Positions 32,549-41,666 of a stretch of DNA of 43,290 nucleotides are shown one piece after another. Under the pieces are notes generated by a model, which saw nothing but the letters and a program-made list of their open reading frames with translations, had not been told where the DNA came from and made no database searches. The stretch lies in assembly GCA_964485425.1 (NCBI GenBank), contig CAZAJK010000001.1:1-43290 (forward strand), read 5' to 3'. Each line of letters begins with the position of its first letter. Position 1 is the first letter of the stretch. Source of the DNA: an uncultured Candidatus Bathyarchaeia archaeon (GTDB lineage: Archaea; Thermoproteota; Bathyarchaeia; Hecatellales; Hecatellaceae). A program made the position numbers and the translations under genes.

Positions 32549-33487
32549 TCAGAACCTTACGGCCTGCTCAGCTAGCTGGTAAGCGTCTTTAGCAGGCTCT
32601 TCTAGGCTGATTTTAAGGTAGGCTGCTTGAGGATTAAAGTAGGGGGGACCCTTCCTAGAGAAAAGGGTAAGCGTTAAGCCTCCTTGACTCGGATGAACCC
32701 CCTCAGCTACAGGTTCATGCGCCCGAATCAGGGTTTTAGCCCCTACCATGTTTAAAATCCGCCTGGTAACCTTTGGGCCGAAGAGAAGGCCTGCCCCACG
32801 AGGAGATGGAGCTGTGTCGCTTATGAAGTCGTCCGGGTCACTCCATAGGATTTCTTCGAGGTGGGGTTTTGCCGGATGGGTTTGGTGGGCTTGGGCTAGG
32901 TCGCCTAGGTTTTGCGCTTGGCTTGGCACTCCCCCATGGAGTAGTAGATATTTTCCCTCAACTAGGGCGGTGTGGGGCATGGATTCGTGGAGTTTGAGGA
33001 TTTTCAGGTATGGTTCCTCCCACTTCTCACCGTATTTGGCTTGGAGCTGGTAGGGTAGGTCGTAGGGGATGGGGGTTAAATCTCCGGGGGGCTCATGATT
33101 CCCCCTTAACGGTATAACCTTGCCTGGATACTCGGCTTTAAGCCAGGCTACAACATAGTAAACTTCAGGGGAGTAGGGGCCTCTATCTCCATAGTCTCCG
33201 AGAAACACTAGGTAAACCTTCTCTCCCCTCTCAGCCTTACCTAGGAAGCCTGAATGCTGGAGAATGAATTCAAGGCTTTCCATGTCTCCGTGAATATCGC
33301 CTACCACTATGAGTTCACCTAGGCTTGGAAGCCTCACCAGGCCTCCATCCACCTGGAAGGAAGCCTCAGCAGACCTCCCGGTCTTTCGCTCTTCAATTAG
33401 GGCTTTTGCAGCTTTCTCAACTATCCAGGCTTCCTCCCAAGCCGGAGCCTTAAAGGAGGCTTGGAGAAGCCTCTCCAGCGAAGTCAA
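32549..33487 (-). CDS. PPP-family Ser/Thr protein phosphatase (metallophosphoesterase)
   Basis: GDIHGD, GDYGDRG and LRGNHE motifs in canonical order. TTG start. Confidence 0.8.
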   Translation of the reverse strand: MTSLERLLQASFKAPAWEEAWIVEKAAKALIEERKTGRSAEASFQVDGGLVRLPSLGELIVVGDIHGDMESLEFILQHSGFLGKAERGEKVYLVFLGDYGDRGPYSPEVYYVVAWLKAEYPGKVIPLRGNHEPPGDLTPIPYDLPYQLQAKYGEKWEEPYLKILKLHESMPHTALVEGKYLLLHGGVPSQAQNLGDLAQAHQTHPAKPHLEEILWSDPDDFISDTAPSPRGAGLLFGPKVTRRILNMVGAKTLIRAHEPVAEGVHPSQGGLTLTLFSRKGPPYFNPQAAYLKISLEEPAKDAYQLAEQAVRF

Positions 33488-33525
33488 CTAGACCACGCAT
33501 GAGGTGGATGGAGGCGTCTGATAAA

Positions 33526-34752
33526 TTAGTTTTGGGAGAGCCTCCTGAAAGCTTCAACCACAACTCTATGGGGGGCGCTGGTTCTGAAGCTTTGAGGGTT
33601 GAAGTGGGTTAGAGAGGCTTTGAACCCTTCAGCCCTTAAAACTTTAACCACTTCGGCTGGGGATGGAGGTAGACCTCCATATTTCTCAGCCAGCCTGTCC
33701 ACTGTATAGTAGGTTGGAGATTCCACCTGAGCCTCCTCCCTAACTCTTTCAAGAAGCCTGCTTGCGGCTTTAAACTGGCCTAAGCTGGCCTTTGGAAGCT
33801 GGTTTAGCATAGCCTCGACTAGCTTAAGGCTCCATAGGCCTCCAAGCCATAAAGGCCCAGCAGGCTCCAATGGTTTGCCACATTCACATTTGAGGGGTGG
33901 CTGAGGGGGCTTCAACCCTTTAACCAAGGTTCTGTTTAAACATGTAGAGCAGTGGTAGACTAGGCCAAGCCAGCTTAAAACCTCATCCGCCCTGCTTCCG
34001 CCTTTAAGAAGCTGGAAGTAAACGCGAACATAATGGTCTGAAGCATGGGTGAAAACCGGTTTTAGGGCTAGGTCTCTCCTAGCCGCCAGCCTAACGGCAG
34101 AGCCTATTAGGATGCGGGCTGCCAGCTCATGACAGTATTCAGTTCTTAAGGGTTTTGCCCCATATCTTCGGAGGCATGGTTTGGGGGCTGCCCCGCAGAG
34201 TAAAGGCATATCTGTGGCGGTTAGTGCTAGGAAGCCTCCAAGCCTTACAGCCCTTAAGGCTGAATCAAGGTAGGGAATAGGCGAACCATAGGGGTCTAAA
34301 TCTACATAGTCAAATCTCTCCCCAGGAGCCGAGTATCGGCACAGTAATTCTTCAGCATCAAGGTTGAAGACCTGGACTTTCCCTTGAACGCCAGCCTTCT
34401 CCACGTTTAGTTTGGCTAGGCGTACCGCCCTGGGATTTAAATCGTTCATTACAACCTTTTCGATTCCCTCGACTTCAACGGCAAACCTTATGCCTCTAAC
34501 CCCGCAGCCAGCCATAGGTTCACATGCCGATTTCACCTGGCGAATTAGGTTTACGGCTTTAAGGAAAAGAACTGCCAAGTCGCGGTTTAACTCCATGGCG
34601 GGGTTGTAGAATACGGGAATCTTAGCCGTTCCAGGCCCCCTACGCTTTAACCCCTCAACCTTGGGAATATAAAATTCAACGGAGCCTTCTCTGGCCAAGG
34701 TCAGAGGGAAGTCTAAGGCGTCCATAGCCGTCAAATCTTTAAGGTTTACCAT
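33526..34752 (-). CDS. trm1: tRNA (guanine26-N2)-dimethyltransferase
   Basis: PVFYNPAMELNRDL, CEPMAGCGVRGIRFA and DLDPYGSP motifs, plus a C-terminal Cys cluster. The start is uncertain (ATG 34752, 34725 or 34776). The first 84 codons of the 492-aa ORF are antisense to the neighbouring gene. Confidence 0.85.
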   Translation of the reverse strand: MVNLKDLTAMDALDFPLTLAREGSVEFYIPKVEGLKRRGPGTAKIPVFYNPAMELNRDLAVLFLKAVNLIRQVKSACEPMAGCGVRGIRFAVEVEGIEKVVMNDLNPRAVRLAKLNVEKAGVQGKVQVFNLDAEELLCRYSAPGERFDYVDLDPYGSPIPYLDSALRAVRLGGFLALTATDMPLLCGAAPKPCLRRYGAKPLRTEYCHELAARILIGSAVRLAARRDLALKPVFTHASDHYVRVYFQLLKGGSRADEVLSWLGLVYHCSTCLNRTLVKGLKPPQPPLKCECGKPLEPAGPLWLGGLWSLKLVEAMLNQLPKASLGQFKAASRLLERVREEAQVESPTYYTVDRLAEKYGGLPPSPAEVVKVLRAEGFKASLTHFNPQSFRTSAPHRVVVEAFRRLSQN

Positions 34753-34774
34753 CCACCTTAAGGGTTGAGGCTTC

Positions 34775-35317
34775 ATGGCTGGGAAAATCTTTCTTCTAAC
34801 GGGTTTACCTGGGTCGGGTAAAACCACCCTCATGCTCAAGGTGGCAGAAGAACTTAAGCGTAGAGGCTTCAAGATTGGGGGGATGGCTACCAGGGAGGTT
34901 CGGGAGAGAGGTGTTAGGGTCGGCTTCGAAATCATAGATTTAGCTACTGGCGAGAAAGGGATATTAGCCTGGGTTGGGGGAGGCTCAGGCCCTAGGGTCG
35001 GCAAATATTTGGTGAACCTTAGAGACTTGGATGGGGTGGGAGTTAAGGCTGTTAGGAGGGCTTTAAGCGAGGCTGACGTGGTTTTTGTGGATGAGGTAGG
35101 GCCTATGGAGCTCTATTCTGAAGAGTTTAGGTCGGCGGTTAGGGAGGCTGCTGGCAGCGGTAAACCCCTGATAGCTACGGTTCATTATAGGGCTAGGGAT
35201 AGGCTTATCAGCGAACTTAAGACTGCAGCTTCAAGGCTTTTCGAGGTTAACACTGCCACCCGTGAGGAGGTTTATAGGAGGCTTTTAGGGGAGGTTTCAG
35301 CCTCACTTAAAGGATAA
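34775..35317 (+). CDS. nucleoside-triphosphatase THEP1 family (NTPase_1)
   Basis: Walker A LTGLPGSGKTT, FVDEVGPMEL, and G(G)MATREVRERGVRVGFEI, typical of THEP1/MJ1559-like NTPases. Confidence 0.8.
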   Translation: MAGKIFLLTGLPGSGKTTLMLKVAEELKRRGFKIGGMATREVRERGVRVGFEIIDLATGEKGILAWVGGGSGPRVGKYLVNLRDLDGVGVKAVRRALSEADVVFVDEVGPMELYSEEFRSAVREAAGSGKPLIATVHYRARDRLISELKTAASRLFEVNTATREEVYRRLLGEVSASLKG

Positions 35318-35368
35318 CCAATATTTGGGAGGGAGACTAAAGGCCTATTAGACGGGGGTTTTGAAGGG

Positions 35369-36823
35369 TTGAGTTCCAGCGTCCCCCTGGAAAAGGTTTC
35401 CGAGAACGTTTGGAGGATTCCAAAGTATAGGCCTGACATGAGGGTTCCAGGCATAGTTTACGCCGACGACTTCCTACTGGAGAAAATGCGCACCGATCGA
35501 ACGCTTCTCCAATGTGCCAACGTGGCTACCCTCCAGGGCATTTATAAGTATGCAATCACCATGCCTGACGGGCATGAAGGCTACGGCTTTCCCATAGGCG
35601 GTGTAGCAGCCACCGACTATGATGAGGGGGTCATTAGCCCTGGAGGGGTAGGCTACGACATTAACTGTGGGGTTAGGCTGCTCCGCACAAACCTTAGGGT
35701 TGAAGATGTTAAGCCTAAGCTGGGACAGCTTCTGGAAACCATCTTCCGGAATGTCCCCTCAGGCCTTGGGAGTAAGGGTAAGATTAGGCTCAGCATTCAG
35801 GAGTTAGACCGCGTCATATCTGAGGGGATAAATTGGGCTTTAGACAGAGGCTACGGCTGGCCTGAGGACAGGGAACACTGCGAGGAATACGGGTGCATGG
35901 AGGGGGCAGATCCAGCCAAGATTTCACCTACAGCTAAGAGCCGTGGAGCCCCGGAGCTTGGAACCCTTGGAAGCGGAAACCACTTCCTTGAAATCCAGCA
36001 GGTCGACAGGATTTTCGACCCTGAAAAGGCTAAGGCTTTAGGCATTTATGAGGAAGGCCAGGTAACGGTTATGATTCATACGGGTTCAAGAGGCTTCGGC
36101 CATCAGGTTTGCTCGGACTACCTGCGCATCATGGATAGGGCTGTGAGGAGGTATGGGATCAGGCTTCCCGACAGGGAGCTTGCATGCACTCCTGGACATA
36201 GTTCTGAAGGCCGCGACTATTTCAGCGCCATGGCTGGAGCCGTAAACTACGCTTTCACCAATAGGCAGTGTATTACCCACTGGGTTAGGGAGGCTTTCTC
36301 CCAGGTTTTCGGGCAGCCTGCTGAAAAACTAGGGCTCGAACTAATCTACGATGTAGCCCACAATATTTGCAAGGTTGAGGAGCATGAGGTTGGAGATGGT
36401 AGGAGGAGGAAGGTTTGGGTGCATAGGAAGGGGGCCACCCGAGCCTTCCCCCCAGGACATCCAGCCTTACCGAAGACCTATCAAGCCATCGGCCAGCCTG
36501 TGCTCATAGCTGGAACCATGGGCACTAGCAGCTGGGTGCTCATTGGAACCCCGAAAGCCATGGAGCTTAGCTTCGGCTCCACCGCTCATGGGGCTGGGAG
36601 ATTTATGAGTAGGGCTGCCGCTACTAGGAGGTTTGGCGGGCATCAGGTTAAACGGGAGCTTGAAAGCAGGGGTATTCTTATTAGGGCTGCCAGCATGACG
36701 GTGGTGGCTGAGGAGGCTCCTGGAGCCTACAAGGATGTGGACAGGGTGGCTGAGGTTTCCCACAGACTTGGCATAGCCACCAAGGTTGTGAGGCTTACAC
36801 CCCTAGGCGTAGTTAAAGGTTAA
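35369..36823 (+). CDS. rtcB: RNA 3'-phosphate/tRNA-splicing ligase RtcB
   Basis: MPDGHEGYGFPIGGV, GYDINCGVR, GSGNHFLEIQ, HTGSRGFGHQV and HGAGR motifs. 484 aa with no intein. TTG start. Confidence 0.95.
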   Translation: MSSSVPLEKVSENVWRIPKYRPDMRVPGIVYADDFLLEKMRTDRTLLQCANVATLQGIYKYAITMPDGHEGYGFPIGGVAATDYDEGVISPGGVGYDINCGVRLLRTNLRVEDVKPKLGQLLETIFRNVPSGLGSKGKIRLSIQELDRVISEGINWALDRGYGWPEDREHCEEYGCMEGADPAKISPTAKSRGAPELGTLGSGNHFLEIQQVDRIFDPEKAKALGIYEEGQVTVMIHTGSRGFGHQVCSDYLRIMDRAVRRYGIRLPDRELACTPGHSSEGRDYFSAMAGAVNYAFTNRQCITHWVREAFSQVFGQPAEKLGLELIYDVAHNICKVEEHEVGDGRRRKVWVHRKGATRAFPPGHPALPKTYQAIGQPVLIAGTMGTSSWVLIGTPKAMELSFGSTAHGAGRFMSRAAATRRFGGHQVKRELESRGILIRAASMTVVAEEAPGAYKDVDRVAEVSHRLGIATKVVRLTPLGVVKG

Positions 36824-37839
36824 ACGGGTGGATATTCCCCTTTAATCGGGATTTTCTCCCCACATTTTGGACAGGTCATGTTTGGGGTTAGATTCCACTC
36901 CAGAATGCTGAAACCCCAACGTTTAATGAGGGTGAAGCCGCAGCCTGGACAGTAGGTGTTTTCTCCTGGATGGCCTGGAACATTCCCTGTGTAAACGTAT
37001 TTTAAGCCTTCCTGGAGGGCTAGCTCCCTAGCCCTGACCAGCACCTCAACCGGGGTGGGCTTTAAATGAGACATTTTATACATGGGGTAGAACTGGCTTA
37101 TGTGGAAGGGGGTTTCAGGGCCTAGGTTATCGTGAATCCAGCGGGCTAACCCCCTGATTTCCTCCCAATTATCGTTTAGGGTTGGGATTATCAGCAGGGT
37201 GGTTTCCAGATGCCATTTCTTCTCAGCCATTATCTTAACGGCTTCTAGCACGTCTTCAAGCCTCGCCTTACAATACTTACTGTAAAATTCTGGGTTGAAG
37301 GCTTTCAAGTCGACGTTAGCCGCTTGTATGAGGGGCCCCAGCCTTTCGAGGGCTTCAGGGGTGGTGTAACCGTTGGTCACTAAAACGTTTAGGATTCCCT
37401 CTTTTAGGGCTAAATTGGACGTGTCAATCACGTATTCCAGCCAGATGAGAGGCTCATTGTAGGTGTAAGCTATGGTTTTGCAGCCCTGCCTTTTCGCGGC
37501 TTTAACCACCTGTTCTGGTGAAGCTTCATCGTAGGTGGCTTCATCTATCCCCACCTGGGAAATAGACCAGTTCTGACACCAGGGACAGGCGAAGGAGCAT
37601 CCGAAAGAGGAGATGGAGAAGCTTAGGCTTCCAGGCCAGAAATGGTAGAGGGGCTTCTTCTCTATGGGGTCTATGTTGGCGGCCGTTAGCTTCCCGTAGC
37701 TTATGGCGTAGAGAACCCCATTTCTATTTTCTCTAACCTTACAGAAGCCTGTTTCTCCCTGTTTGATGTAGCATCGGCGGGGGCAGATGTTGCAGCGCAC
37801 CACTCCGCCTTCAAGCTTCTCGTAGAGGATGGTCTCCAA
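36820..37839 (-). CDS. AmmeMemoRadiSam-system radical SAM enzyme (PflA-like activase family)
   Basis: N-terminal CNICPRRCYIKQGETGFCKVR, IDPIEKKPLYHFWPGS and the radical SAM cluster GCSFACPWCQNW. C-terminal Zn ribbon CPGC...CPKC. TTG start. Confidence 0.8.
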   Translation of the reverse strand: METILYEKLEGGVVRCNICPRRCYIKQGETGFCKVRENRNGVLYAISYGKLTAANIDPIEKKPLYHFWPGSLSFSISSFGCSFACPWCQNWSISQVGIDEATYDEASPEQVVKAAKRQGCKTIAYTYNEPLIWLEYVIDTSNLALKEGILNVLVTNGYTTPEALERLGPLIQAANVDLKAFNPEFYSKYCKARLEDVLEAVKIMAEKKWHLETTLLIIPTLNDNWEEIRGLARWIHDNLGPETPFHISQFYPMYKMSHLKPTPVEVLVRARELALQEGLKYVYTGNVPGHPGENTYCPGCGFTLIKRWGFSILEWNLTPNMTCPKCGEKIPIKGEYPPV

Positions 37840-37950
37840 CCGTGCTTCCCTAAGCTATTTTGACCCTCCAGGCTTCTTAACGGTTTTCAGGCAAACCTAT
37901 ATGGGAGTTCAATATCCCCTCAATGTGGTTAGGCTGGGGTGTCTTGAAGG

Positions 37951-38151
37951 GTGGCTGAGTATTGCCCTGAATGTGGTGGAGAAATGATTTACGACCCCAA
38001 GATTCGCATGTATACCTGTAAAAGCTGCGGTTTAACCCTGACCTACATGGAGATTGTGGAGGCTAGGAGGCGGAATCTGCCTCGAGATGAAGATGAGGAG
38101 AGGAGACAGCGGCGCCGTGAATATTTAAGGTGGTGGCTTTCCAGGAAGTAG
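37951..38151 (+). CDS. small zinc-ribbon protein with basic/acidic tail
   Basis: 66 aa with CPECGG...CKSCG (C4 ribbon) followed by an RR/DE-rich helix. GTG start. Confidence 0.55.
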   Translation: MAEYCPECGGEMIYDPKIRMYTCKSCGLTLTYMEIVEARRRNLPRDEDEERRQRRREYLRWWLSRK

Positions 38152-38179
38152 GGCCCACATGGCTTGGGGTCGGGGCTGG

Positions 38180-38995
38180 ATGGAAAGGTTTACTGTAGAG
38201 ATTTTAACGGTTGGGAATGAGCTGCTCATCGGTAAGATATGTAATACTAATGCTCAGTGGTTAGCCCAGCGGATAACTAGGCTTGGGGGGAAGGTGACGA
38301 GGATAATCACGGTTCCAGACAGTTTACCGGATATTTCCCAGACGGTGAGGGAATGCCTTTCGAGGAAGCCGGACTTCCTGCTCACCGTTGGAGGTTTAGG
38401 GCCTACCTTCGACGACATGACGCTTCAAGGTGTTGGAGAAGCCGTTGGCAGACCTTTAAAGGTTAATTCTGAAGCTCTCCGCATGGTGGAGGAGAAGGTT
38501 CGGGAATATTCGGAGAAAGGCGTCTTGAAGAGGCCTCTGGTTACCCCTGAAAGGGAGAAGATGGCCACCCTTCCGGAGGGTTCTAAGCCTCTCTTCAACC
38601 CTGAGGGAACTGCTCCGGGGGTTGAACTATCGGTGGGTGAGACAACCATCATATGTCTTCCAGGGGTTCCCATAGAGATGAAAGCCATTTTCAGCCTCCA
38701 CGTTGAGAAGCTTATGGCAGCTAAGTCTAAGCTGAAGTATGCTGAGGGCAGCCTCCTAGTTTTGGGAATTCCCGAGCCCGACTTTTCACCCACCATAGAT
38801 GAAGCCATGCGCAGATATCCGGGAGTATATGTTAAGTCTCACCCGAAGGGTGGGGAGGCAACCTCAACCATCGAGCTTCACCTCTCAGCTTTTGCGGAAA
38901 GCCTTGAGGAGGCTGAGCGAATGGTTAGGGATGCTGCCTCCTGGCTTGAGGCAGAAGCTAAAAGGCTTGGAGGCAGAGTTGAAAAGCCGGGTTAA
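38180..38995 (+). CDS. CinA-N-terminal/MoCF-biosynthesis-domain (molybdopterin-binding, COG1058) protein
   Basis: EILTVGNELLIGKICNTNAQWLAQ, TVGGLGPTFDD and LPGVPIEMK motifs. The start is ATG 38180 or ATG 38159. Confidence 0.75.
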   Translation: MERFTVEILTVGNELLIGKICNTNAQWLAQRITRLGGKVTRIITVPDSLPDISQTVRECLSRKPDFLLTVGGLGPTFDDMTLQGVGEAVGRPLKVNSEALRMVEEKVREYSEKGVLKRPLVTPEREKMATLPEGSKPLFNPEGTAPGVELSVGETTIICLPGVPIEMKAIFSLHVEKLMAAKSKLKYAEGSLLVLGIPEPDFSPTIDEAMRRYPGVYVKSHPKGGEATSTIELHLSAFAESLEEAERMVRDAASWLEAEAKRLGGRVEKPG

Positions 38996-39003
38996 AGGGT
39001 GCC

Positions 39004-39765
39004 TTGTACGGCATATTTATCATCGGGACGGCTGGCTCCGGTAAAACTCTTATGGCTGCAAGCCTGGCTGAGTGGTTGGCTAAGCAGGGTGAGGATACGG
39101 CTATTGTAAACCTTGACCCTGGAGTTTTAAATTTACCCTACAAGCCGGATGTGGACGTAAGGGACTACATTTCTATTGAGGAGCTTATGGACAGGTTCGG
39201 CTTAGGGCCAAACGGCGCCCTCATCATGGCTTCAGACCTCCTAGCCCAGGAAGCTGAAAAGATAAGTGAAGCCTTACAGGAAGTAAGTAGCCGCTACATC
39301 TTGTTTGACACTCCAGGCCAGATGGAGCTCTTCGCTTTTAGGGTTGGAGGCCCCTATTTGGCTAGGGAGCTCCACCTCGACCAGAAGATGATTCTATACC
39401 TCTTCGACGGCCCCTTCTGCTCCAACCCCTTCAATTATGTTTCCACCCTTTTCCTAGCCTCAGCCGTCCACCTGCGCTTCATGCTCCCCCAGCTCAACGT
39501 GCTCACCAAAATCGACCTCATGGATGAAAGCGTTGTCAGGGAAATCTTGGAGTGGTCTAGGAGTCCTGCTAGGCTTAGGGAGGCTCTTCTAAAGCAGCAG
39601 GTTAGCGGGATGTCCCTTCTAGCAGGGGACCTCTTCAAAGCTTTAACCAAGCTCAGGTTAGACTTCTCCACCGTAGCTTGCTCAGCCAAATACTTTACCA
39701 ACTTCCTGAACGTCCAAGCTGCCATCGAGCGGATTCTAACTAGGGGCGAAAAGGAGGAGGCCTAA
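39004..39765 (+). CDS. GPN-loop GTPase
   Basis: P-loop IIGTAGSGKT, GLGPNGAL (GPN motif), DTPGQMELF and LTKIDL. TTG start. Confidence 0.85.
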   Translation: MYGIFIIGTAGSGKTLMAASLAEWLAKQGEDTAIVNLDPGVLNLPYKPDVDVRDYISIEELMDRFGLGPNGALIMASDLLAQEAEKISEALQEVSSRYILFDTPGQMELFAFRVGGPYLARELHLDQKMILYLFDGPFCSNPFNYVSTLFLASAVHLRFMLPQLNVLTKIDLMDESVVREILEWSRSPARLREALLKQQVSGMSLLAGDLFKALTKLRLDFSTVACSAKYFTNFLNVQAAIERILTRGEKEEA

Positions 39766-39888
39766 TTCGATTTCCCTAAAAAGGGGAGATGCTTGTTTCA
39801 CTTTATGGGCCTTTAAGTCTGCCCCTGTTTATGGGTGGCATGTGGAGGAATATGTTTAAAGCTGGAGTGAAACATAAAGGGGAATGGT

Positions 39889-40770
39889 TTGACTTCGCAG
39901 AGTTTTGGGGAGGCAGAGGCTGCCACCCTAATTAAGCAGGTTGAAAGCCTTAGCGTGGAGATTGCCGAACTGAAGGAGCAGAGAGATAAGCTTAACGCTG
40001 AGGCTAAAAGCTGGCTTAGGAAGGGTGAAGCCCTAGTCGACGAGGCTCGAAATCTTAAACGTGAAGTCAGACAGCTTAGGGACGAGCTTAAAGAGTTGAG
40101 GGTGAAAATTAGAGGGCTTAAGGAAAAACTGGGTGAAGTTAGAGAGAAGCTTGCTGAAAAGCGGAACTTGAGAGATGAGCTTAGAGAGCAGATTAGAAGG
40201 CTTAGGTCTATGGTTTCCATACCTAAGGGGAAGGCTGAACAGCTTTTTGAGGAGCTTGAATGGCAGATTCAAACTAACCCTTTAACGCCTGAAGAGGAAA
40301 GAAGGCTGGTGGAGAGGGTTAAAAACCTTGAAAGCCAGCTTAACCTCCATGGTAAGATAGGCGAACTGTTTGAGAAACTTAACCATTATAGGCAGGAAAT
40401 TCAGACCCTAAAGGGTGAGGCGGAGAATCTTAGGGGGCAGCTTGACGAAGCCTATGAAAAGCTTAAAAGCCAGATAAGGTTGGTGGAGGAGAAGTCTAAG
40501 CGGATAGAGGAGGCTGAGGCTGAAGCTAAGGAAGCCTATCAAAGGTTTACTGAGGCTAAACGTGCCGCTGACAGGCTTCACAGTCAGCTCATCGAGCTTT
40601 TAAATAGGCAGCGAAGCCTTAAGGATGAGCTTCGGAGGATTAGAAGAGGGAGGGAGGAGGAAGCCCTAGCTAAAATGCTCCGTGAGCTTGAAGAAGCCTA
40701 TAAGCAGGGTAAAAAGAAGAAGCTTACGCTTGAAGAGTTTAAGCTGCTCATGTCAAGAGGCCTAATATAG
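39889..40770 (+). CDS. archaeal coiled-coil protein (COG1340-like)
   Basis: 293 aa, almost entirely heptad-like E/K/R/L-rich sequence. TATA-like TGTTTAAAG sits about 30 nt upstream of TTG 39889. Confidence 0.65.
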   Translation: MTSQSFGEAEAATLIKQVESLSVEIAELKEQRDKLNAEAKSWLRKGEALVDEARNLKREVRQLRDELKELRVKIRGLKEKLGEVREKLAEKRNLRDELREQIRRLRSMVSIPKGKAEQLFEELEWQIQTNPLTPEEERRLVERVKNLESQLNLHGKIGELFEKLNHYRQEIQTLKGEAENLRGQLDEAYEKLKSQIRLVEEKSKRIEEAEAEAKEAYQRFTEAKRAADRLHSQLIELLNRQRSLKDELRRIRRGREEEALAKMLRELEEAYKQGKKKKLTLEEFKLLMSRGLI

Positions 40771-40835
40771 GAAGGGAAGCCCTCCAGAATTTATCACAAC
40801 CCTTTTTAGGAAGTTGGAAGGCTTTCAAATGTAGC

Positions 40836-41666
40836 GTGGAAATGAGCATATTGGGCCCTTTAGTTTCAGCCTTCCAAAAATTCATTTTATTCTTTGTGGG
40901 GAACCCTCTTTCAGTGAGGTTTTACGAGTGGATTCTTAAAAGTCAAATTAAGAATGGTGAGGTCCCAAGTCACATCGCCGTCATCCTTGATGGGAATAGG
41001 AGGTGGGCTAGGTCTAGGAGGCTTTACCCGGCTAACGGCCATCTTGAAGGAGCTAAAAAAGCTGAAAAATTCTTTGAGTGGTGCCAGGAGTTTGAAGGCA
41101 TTAAGACTGTTACGCTTTACGTTTTCTCCACGGAGAATTTCCGTAGACCCCCCGAAGAAGTGGAGCATTTAATGAGGCTCATCAAAGACTATTTGGAGAA
41201 ACTTGCCGCCGATAGACGTATCCATGAAAACCAGATTAGGGTTAAGGTTATTGGGAGAATCGACCTGCTCCCCGAAGAGGTGAAGGAGGCTGTAAGGAAG
41301 GTTGAAGAGGCCACAAAGAACTACGATAAACGTTACCTTAACCTGGCTGTCGCTTATGGTGGTAGAGCTGAAATCCTAGATGCCCTTAGAAGGATAGCCC
41401 TAGAGGTTAAGGCTGGAAGGCTGAGCCCGGAAGCCATAAACGAGGAAATCTTCGAAAAGTTCTTGTATACGGGTTTTCTGCCTAACCCCCACCCAGACTT
41501 AATTATTCGAACTTCAGGGGAGGAGAGGCTTAGCAACTTCCTTCTATGGCAGGGAGCCTACAGCGAGTTATGCTTCCTAGACGTTTACTGGCCTAGCTTC
41601 AGCAGGAAGGACCTTTACAGGGCTATTAGGATTTACCAGCAGCGGAAACGTAGGTTTGGAGCCTAG
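40836..41666 (+). CDS. uppS: cis-prenyltransferase (undecaprenyl/dolichyl-type di-trans,poly-cis-polyprenyl diphosphate synthase)
   Basis: HIAVILDGNRRWA, FSTENFRRP, IRTSGEERLSNFLLWQ and RRFG motifs. The start is GTG 40836 or ATG 40842. Confidence 0.9.
   Translation: MEMSILGPLVSAFQKFILFFVGNPLSVRFYEWILKSQIKNGEVPSHIAVILDGNRRWARSRRLYPANGHLEGAKKAEKFFEWCQEFEGIKTVTLYVFSTENFRRPPEEVEHLMRLIKDYLEKLAADRRIHENQIRVKVIGRIDLLPEEVKEAVRKVEEATKNYDKRYLNLAVAYGGRAEILDALRRIALEVKAGRLSPEAINEEIFEKFLYTGFLPNPHPDLIIRTSGEERLSNFLLWQGAYSELCFLDVYWPSFSRKDLYRAIRIYQQRKRRFGA

Noticed and set aside
34753-35004. N-terminal 84 codons of the 492-aa ORF 33526-35004
   Set aside because: This Pro/Ser-rich low-complexity stretch runs antisense through the well-supported THEP1 NTPase gene. 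Trm1 homology begins only around MVNLKDL/MDALDF, so it is treated as a spurious extension.
35369-36823. Possible intein in RtcB
   Set aside because: The length (484 aa) and uninterrupted motif order are those of intein-free RtcB.
39796-39872. GTTTCAC/GTGAAAC 7-bp inverted repeat and the TTTATGGG direct repeat (39803 and 39828) upstream of the coiled-coil gene
   Set aside because: These are short, low-information repeats in a promoter-containing spacer, within chance expectation. No structured-RNA fold was evident by eye.
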